Positions 57,663 through 64,000 of a DNA stretch of 64,000 bases are shown piece by piece. Position 1 is the stretch's first letter; every line of letters begins with the position of its first letter. The notes below the pieces were generated by a model. The model did not search any database, was not told the origin of the DNA, and saw nothing but the letters and a program-made list of their open reading frames with translations. The position numbers and the translations under genes are program-made. Source of the DNA: Mayamaea pseudoterrestris (lineage: Eukaryota); assembly GCA_027923505.1 (NCBI GenBank), contig BROI01000015.1, forward strand, positions 620,001 through 684,000, in the 5' to 3' direction.

Positions 57663-59428
57663 CTACTGCGACTCCATCGTCTCCATGTGCGACGAAGGTA
57701 CAAACGCTTCCTCGTCGTCTTCGGCAATTGGTTGTGGAATATGCATTTCTTTCGCCTTAGGTTCCACTTGCTCGCTAAATAAGCCATCATGTACTCGCAT
57801 CGAAACTTGTTGCTTCCTCTCTGAGCGCTTGCGAACAATATCGTGGAAACGATCAAGATCAACTCGGAACATGTCATTTTCGACTCGTAGGCATGGTCGG
57901 AAAGCTGCACCATTGTCCCATATAACATCTGCAGCTCGGTAACTATACAGCGCTGTGAACGAGCCCGATGTCAATGGATCGATTCCTTCAACAAGGCAAA
58001 TTACCTCGCTGATATTGTCCATGAAATGATTCTGTAGCACCTTTAAGTCTTGTTCAGGAATAAAGCTGTCCATGCTTAGCTCATGCGGCTGGATAGACAG
58101 GTGCGTTCCTTCAATTGGATACCCATTCTTGCGTTCCAAACGCTGCTGGAAGTTGACATGTTTGATCCATCGCTCATGCGTTCCATAATCGTCGCCGCAA
58201 ATGAAACAAACGACTTCTTCGCGGTTGCAACTTCCCGAATCGGCTTGGCGTAACACGAGGCCCTGATTGTTGTGCGTGTTGACAGGGTTTGCGGCGTGGC
58301 CGTTGTCGTCGCGCGAAGGGTGCAGCAAACTGTAAATATCAATGTGGTGACTGACGACTTGTGGCAGCGATAGAAAGAGCATTCCGCCAAGGTCGTCATT
58401 GGGTTGGATGGTACGCAACGGCCTTGGGACGGGTCGATCCTTTGTGACGCCGTAGAGCCGCACGTGCGCTTCGACAACCGGGTGGCGCGAGTCAACGTCA
58501 AACACTCGAAACATGAAGCGGACCTGGTTTCCGTCAATCGAAACTATTGCCTTGTTGCTAAAGACAACTTGCGCACTTCGATTCGCTGCGTTGGCTATCC
58601 TGGCTATGATAATGGCAATCAGAAAGGCTGTAGGTAAAGAAGAACAGAATCGATGTGAGTCCGCAAACTGTTTGATAAGTTTGGACAACCCGATCGAGAG
58701 GAACCCACCATTAAAGAACATTGACATCGTCATCTGAAGATAAACAGTAAACTGGAAGGCAGGACAATATTCAAAAAATGCATTGACGCTGTATGAGTCA
58801 AAATGAAATAGAGAAAAATGAGGTGAGTCGCGACAGCACGATGATCCGTTGTTTGCAAGCAGCGAGAAGCCGACCGCCCTCTAGAGAGGCTTGTTTAACT
58901 TGACTTTCTCGTCAAGTAAGCGTCAGTCGTCTAACAATCGGCAGCAAAAAAACTTTAGTTTTCCGCATCAGGAACTAACCTGTTGGGTAATCCATATCCT
59001 AAAGTCGTACACGTCTCCAGCGAAAAGGCGAACGCCGTATAGTAGCTGGCCTGGGTTCCACGCAATCCAATGCCGCAAGCTGCAGATTGTTCACTTCGAT
59101 CGACAGCCATGTACGCCGCAGCCCAAACGAGAATGATGCTGGTCCAGATACAAAGTAACATTAGCGTCGTCTTCCATGCAGGCAGCCGCAACAGTACATG
59201 AAAGAAATCATGGCGCAGCAAGCGGCCAATCTTGGTCGTCCCTTGATTATGCTTGACTTGAATAATGTTTCTCGATTGGTTAAAAGGCAGATTGCGACGC
59301 ACTAGACGAGGAGTATCCTCTTCATAGTCAAAGGCGTCCTCGTATGGTTCGTCCATTTCCGCATCGTTTTCCCCGTTTATTCGGAACGAGCCTGCATCGT
59401 CCACTATGTTTCTTTCGTTTTCGTTCAT
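57663..59428 (-). CDS. Inward-rectifier-type potassium channel, copy B
   Basis: Same motifs and exons as copy A; introns more diverged than exons. Confidence 0.9.
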
Positions 59429-59596
59429 ATTAAAAATGATTTAGTACAGTACCGGTATTGTCGAAGCGACAGGATGACAGTATCTTCCGTAGAGCAAGAA
59501 AGTTATTGTGAGCACAACATCATCTCGACGGAGACGAGCCATGGTCGAGCTCTGTCACAGCGGTTTTGACAAGGTTGATGCCGACCAGGTTTGCTA

Positions 59597-60437
59597 CAAA
59601 TCCGATTAGCCACCAAACACATAACGGTGTGACACGTGAGTACCGTTTCATTATGTCATCCGTTGTCCGCGAAACCCATTTAGCAAGCCAGCCTGGCCTC
59701 ACAGTCAATCATTGCACAAGATGCTTGTGACCTGCCTTTGACCTCGAGCGTGTGCTTGTTTGGTTTGTTTGATTGCATTTGAACGACAAACGGATTGACG
59801 AATCCTCCTCGTCTGTTGCCTTTGCCATTTCCTTGCTTGTTCAATTGGATGCTGTAATTGATTTACTGTTAACAATGCTACTCACCCAGTCCATCTCATT
59901 TTATTTATTGGCTTGAGTTCATTGAAGACCATCCTGCTGTCGCCTGCCGCCGTTCGGATACCATGGGTCAAGCCGTTAACAGTTGTTATCTAAGGGGACT
60001 CCCTGCCAACCGACCGCTGCCGCCAAAGCGGGTGTGTCTCATACGCTCATTGTGATTGCTGCTGCGCCGAAGATTACAGAGAATTCAGCAGCCCCACTCA
60101 TTGGTAGTTAGTTTTAGCGTGCTAACATATAAATTACATAATGAGGGTTTAAAAAATAGTGTTTAGATAATGGATGCCGCTTGACTTACTAAATGGAATA
60201 GTGTTTTGAATCAATGCTAAAAGACCATATCACACTATAAACGGCAAGAATGGATGCTGCTGCAAATGGGTGGTCGATGATTTGACTTTTGTTCACAAGC
60301 GTCGTTGGCATTTTTGGGTGTAACGATTGAGGTCAGGCTGGCTTGCTAAATCGGTTTCGCGGACAACGGATGACATAATGAAACGGTACTCATGTGTCAC
60401 ACCGTTATGTGTTTGGTGGATAATCGGATATAGTTTG
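59597..60437. mobile_element. Non-autonomous TIR DNA transposon (MITE-like, 841 bp)
   Basis: ~100-bp inverted repeats (59597-59701 and 60328-60437), ends CAAA..TTTG flanked by TA on both sides, absent from copy A (~38800), no long ORF. Confidence 0.88.
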
Positions 60438-60534
60438 TACAGGTACAGTACTGTACTCAAACTCGCACAAGCTGTTCCATTAACAAAATAACATTCTGTG
60501 CAATTAAATCTAAACGGTTAGATAAACGAGCTCA

Positions 60535-61578
60535 CTATAGATCAGGAAGCTTTGCTGCTTCTCCAAGTTTCGCGGCCGCCGAGCTCATTGTTTCCGTCAG
60601 CGATGCCACATCCTGTTCGTTAATGTTTTGAAGCCACTGCTTGGGCAAGTCAAGATTCTCAAAGCGACTGGCATAATCTGCAACAGCTTCCTTGGTCGGA
60701 ATGAATCCAATGTTTGTGTAAAACTGTCGTAGCAAATCGTCCCACGCAGTGACCGCCAAAGTTGAAAGTACGACTGCAAGCACCATGAAAAAGACCTGCA
60801 ATAATGCAGAGCCCAAGCTTGGCCACACTCCCTGGCTTAGCTCATAGGTGGCTTGCTCCACTGGATTCTCCTTCATGAGCGGGTCAGCCTCCTCCTTTTC
60901 CTCCTGCGTCATTTCGTCTTCTGGATCATAAAACATGGTCGGCATGCTTTCGTCCCAGTTTGACGAAGACTTTGACTCCGTTGCAGTTGCACTAATCTTG
61001 CTTAAATCAAGACCTCCGAAACTCTCTTCATTGGCAGCGCGAGGCCCGGCCTTGATGGCTTCCTCTCGCTTTTGTGCAATGTAGTCTGCCGTCGCCTGAC
61101 TTTTTTCAATGCCAAGTTTCGCTGCTCTAGCCTGGATTGAAGCTCTCATTTTGGCTATACTGTCATCCTTGTACTATCAATGATGAAAGAATTGGAAATG
61201 TAATTGTGAGTAAAAAGAGACCTTTGTGAATGCACCCGTTTCGTTTCGTGCTGGTTTACCGTAAAACCAGGGATGCTCGCGTACCTCTGGATTCATGTCG
61301 AAATCTCCCATTTGATCCATCTTTTGTCGATCTTCCTCGTCAATTAATGAAGCTCCAGCTTCGTCAAAGGTTGTCCGCTTTGCAAAATCCTCGTCTTGGT
61401 TGTTGGAACTTTGCAGCAAAGCAGTCGGTGTGGAAATTTGTGACTGAGCTGTAATACTTCTACTCCGTCTGTTTGTTCGTGGATTCAATGTAAAGGCATC
61501 TAATAGGCATAGCGACGAAACTATTGCAGCGAGGAGCAGCCAGCAGGAGCAATTTCTCCGCTCGTGATCCAAAGGCAT
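60535..61578 (-). CDS. Plastid-targeted SecE-like subunit, copy B
   Basis: Exon 2 protein identical to copy A despite many synonymous changes. Confidence 0.65.
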
Positions 61579-62036
61579 TCTGTGGATTGTTGTAATCGCC
61601 GATTAACAAAAATTGCAGTTGGTTTAATGCGCCAAATTTGAAGACGATGAGCAACTATCAAAGGGTTGATTCGCGCACAGTTCGTCGATTGCTTTACTAG
61701 TAGAGCAAAGGGAGGTATGATGGATCGACGGAAAAATCTTCATGGTGGTGCATGGCTTCAAACTCGCCAAGCCCATCAAGGACAAGGTTACTTGATGCGA
61801 AAGTACGTCAGTCCCGTCTGGCTTCGTCCGTTCGTGGCGCGCTCGTGGTTTCGCCTTGATCTCGGCACCACAGCTTCGCTCACCATCGCGTCAGGTCTCC
61901 CTTTCGTTGATGGCTGCTGGTCTGCAACCAGAGACTGCTTCCAGCCTGGGCGACGAAATTGGTTGTGCTTGCTATCATACATTCAAGTAGGAATACACGT
62001 AGGATATCGCATAAGCTACTGCATAAACGAGCAACC

Positions 62037-63378
62037 ATGAAGATCACATTGAGCTTGGCATGCTTATCATCGGCTTTGGCCTTTTCTCCTGCCTTGATCG
62101 CACATCAAAAGCGGTGAGTGATGATCATGGCATGCTGCTGCTGCTACTGCAGTTTTAACGTGCTAGAATAATTACTGACATTTCTGATTCTGTTTCAGAT
62201 CTCATTTAAAGTCTGCCGTCATGGAAGACACAGCGACAGTCACCATGACTAGCAGCAGCAGCACCTCGGATGACGCTCCCGCCAAGACGAAGCTTCCAAC
62301 GCGATTTGATACATTTCTAAAAAAGTACAAGGGCCGACGCCCTATTGTCGTTGAATCAGACGAGGTTTCCTTCACATACCAAGATTTTGCTACTGCCGTA
62401 CAAAACACTGAATATTCGTTCCAACGAGACGCGATTGTGCCAGGCATGGCCATGGAATACTCTGGCAACGGTGCGCTCATTGACATTGGCGCCAAGGCGA
62501 GTGCCTTTCTTCCGTTGCAGGAAGCTGCACTGACGCTGCTACCTGGCCAGACGATTGGTGACATTATTCCTTTAGAGCAAACCATGGACTTTCAAATCAT
62601 TAGCGAAGAAAACGAGGAAGGACAGCTTAACGTTAGCATCCGACGCTTGCAGTACAAGAAGGCTTGGGAGGCTGTTGTCAAGCTTGCCGAGCAGGATGCC
62701 ATTATCCAGGCTCCAGTCATTCAAGTAAATCGCGGTGGTGCCATTTGTTTGGTGGAAGGACTGCGAGCATTTCTGCCCGGATCGCACTTGTCCGGCCGAC
62801 TGCCCGACGAAAATCTTGTTGGCGAAACACTTCCATTAAAGTTCCTTGAAGTCAATATTGAAACAAACAAGCTTGTAGTTTCCAACCGCAAGGCCGTGGT
62901 CGAGTCGCAAATGGCTGACCTTAGTCGAGGAGACCTTGTTGAAGGTATCGTCAAGGCGCTCAAACCATACGGAGCTTTTATTGAGGTCGGCGGCATGTCG
63001 GGACTTTTGCACATTAGTCAGATTAGTTACGATCGTATCGACGATCTTGAAAAGGTCTTGCAGCCAAACATGCGCGTCAAGTGCATGATCATTGACCATG
63101 ATAAGGTAAATGGACGCATTGCGCTCAGCACCAAGACGCTCGAGCCGCAACCAGGTGACATGCTCAAGGATGCCAACATGGTCTTTGAGAAGGCTGAGGA
63201 AACCGCCAAGGCTTACCTTGAAAAGATGGAAAGGGAGAGACAACAACGAGAGGAAGCTGCTCGGGATGTTGTCTTGAGTCTGGGCGACTCTTTAGACGAT
63301 TTGACTGGTGGTGCGGATGGAGATTCGAGTGACCCGCTCCAAGATGTTTCGGATAGCCTCGACTCCCTCTTGTCGTAA
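62037..63378 (+). CDS. rps1: Plastid 30S ribosomal protein S1, copy B
   Basis: Same as copy A apart from one E/D change near the C-terminus. Confidence 0.93.
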
Positions 63379-63475
63379 GCATATTAATGAATTACAGTTA
63401 AACTAGCTCATTATTGTTACAAATGGATGGATTGCACAAACTGGTGATTCCTCATAGCGTCGCCTACGAAACGCA

Positions 63476-64000
63476 TCACACATTTGTGGCTTGAGTTGGA
63501 ACTTCACTGGGGCTGAGCGGATCCTGAGCTTGCGCTGACTGCGGCTGCAGTTCGGCTTGACTGGGCTGCCCAACTTGCGCATGTCCTTGATCCATTGAAT
63601 ATGGTGCGTGTCCCTGCTCACGACTTTGGAAGAACATTCCCTCGTCCATTTCCACGACACCCAGAGCACGACATCCATCCGCCCAATAGTGTTTACCGCC
63701 ACATGCATTATCCTTCCGCTCTCGCAATCGCTTGAGATCGTCGCGAATCGCAGCCGGAATGGTTTGGCAAGCCTGGATCAGGTGGCTTTCGACGGACGAT
63801 GATGTTAGTATGACACGCTGCCCTGGACGTCCCTTCATACACGGTCGACTACCTACCTGCTTGCCATGTTTTGCGCCGCTTGATAGACTCCCAGTAACTT
63901 ACTGGGATAATAGACAGCTCCACGTCCCCGACTGCGAAGAGGATATCCCGAGCAGTGACGGCATCGCAATCCGACCTGATTCGCACAGACGACACATTAC
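63476..64000 (-). CDS. 3' part of the GLRCRHC-domain protein, copy B (truncated by the window end)
   Basis: Matches 41877..42400. Confidence 0.72.

Larger units (their letters stand above)
50675..64000. repeat. Duplicated block, copy B (runs off the window end)
   Basis: Offset from copy A is ~20785 before the TIR insertion and ~21615 after it. Confidence 0.95.

Overview
Gene-dense eukaryotic nuclear DNA that looks like a diatom. The evidence is short GT-AG introns, ASAFAP-type bipartite plastid presequences and a CoDi-like Copia element. Positions 1-29.9 kb hold single-copy genes: an LRR-Roc-COR protein ending in a trypsin-like protease domain, ATAD3, phosphomevalonate kinase, an O-fucosyltransferase, a mitochondrial-type carrier, an SGNH hydrolase, a small spliced Cys-rich gene, DIM1, SET and RING proteins, and a beta-propeller membrane protein. 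A block starting at 29886 (secreted Cys protein, Q-rich Zn-ribbon protein, Kir channel, plastid SecE-like, plastid rps1 and others) is repeated from 50675 to the window end. The junction between the copies is a Copia retrotransposon (about 45695-50674) with only a 3' LTR and many small frameshifts; it abuts a BRCT gene. The second copy carries an extra 841-bp TIR element. The duplication may be real or may be two haplotypes assembled in tandem. The most unusual coding feature is the Roco-protease fusion.
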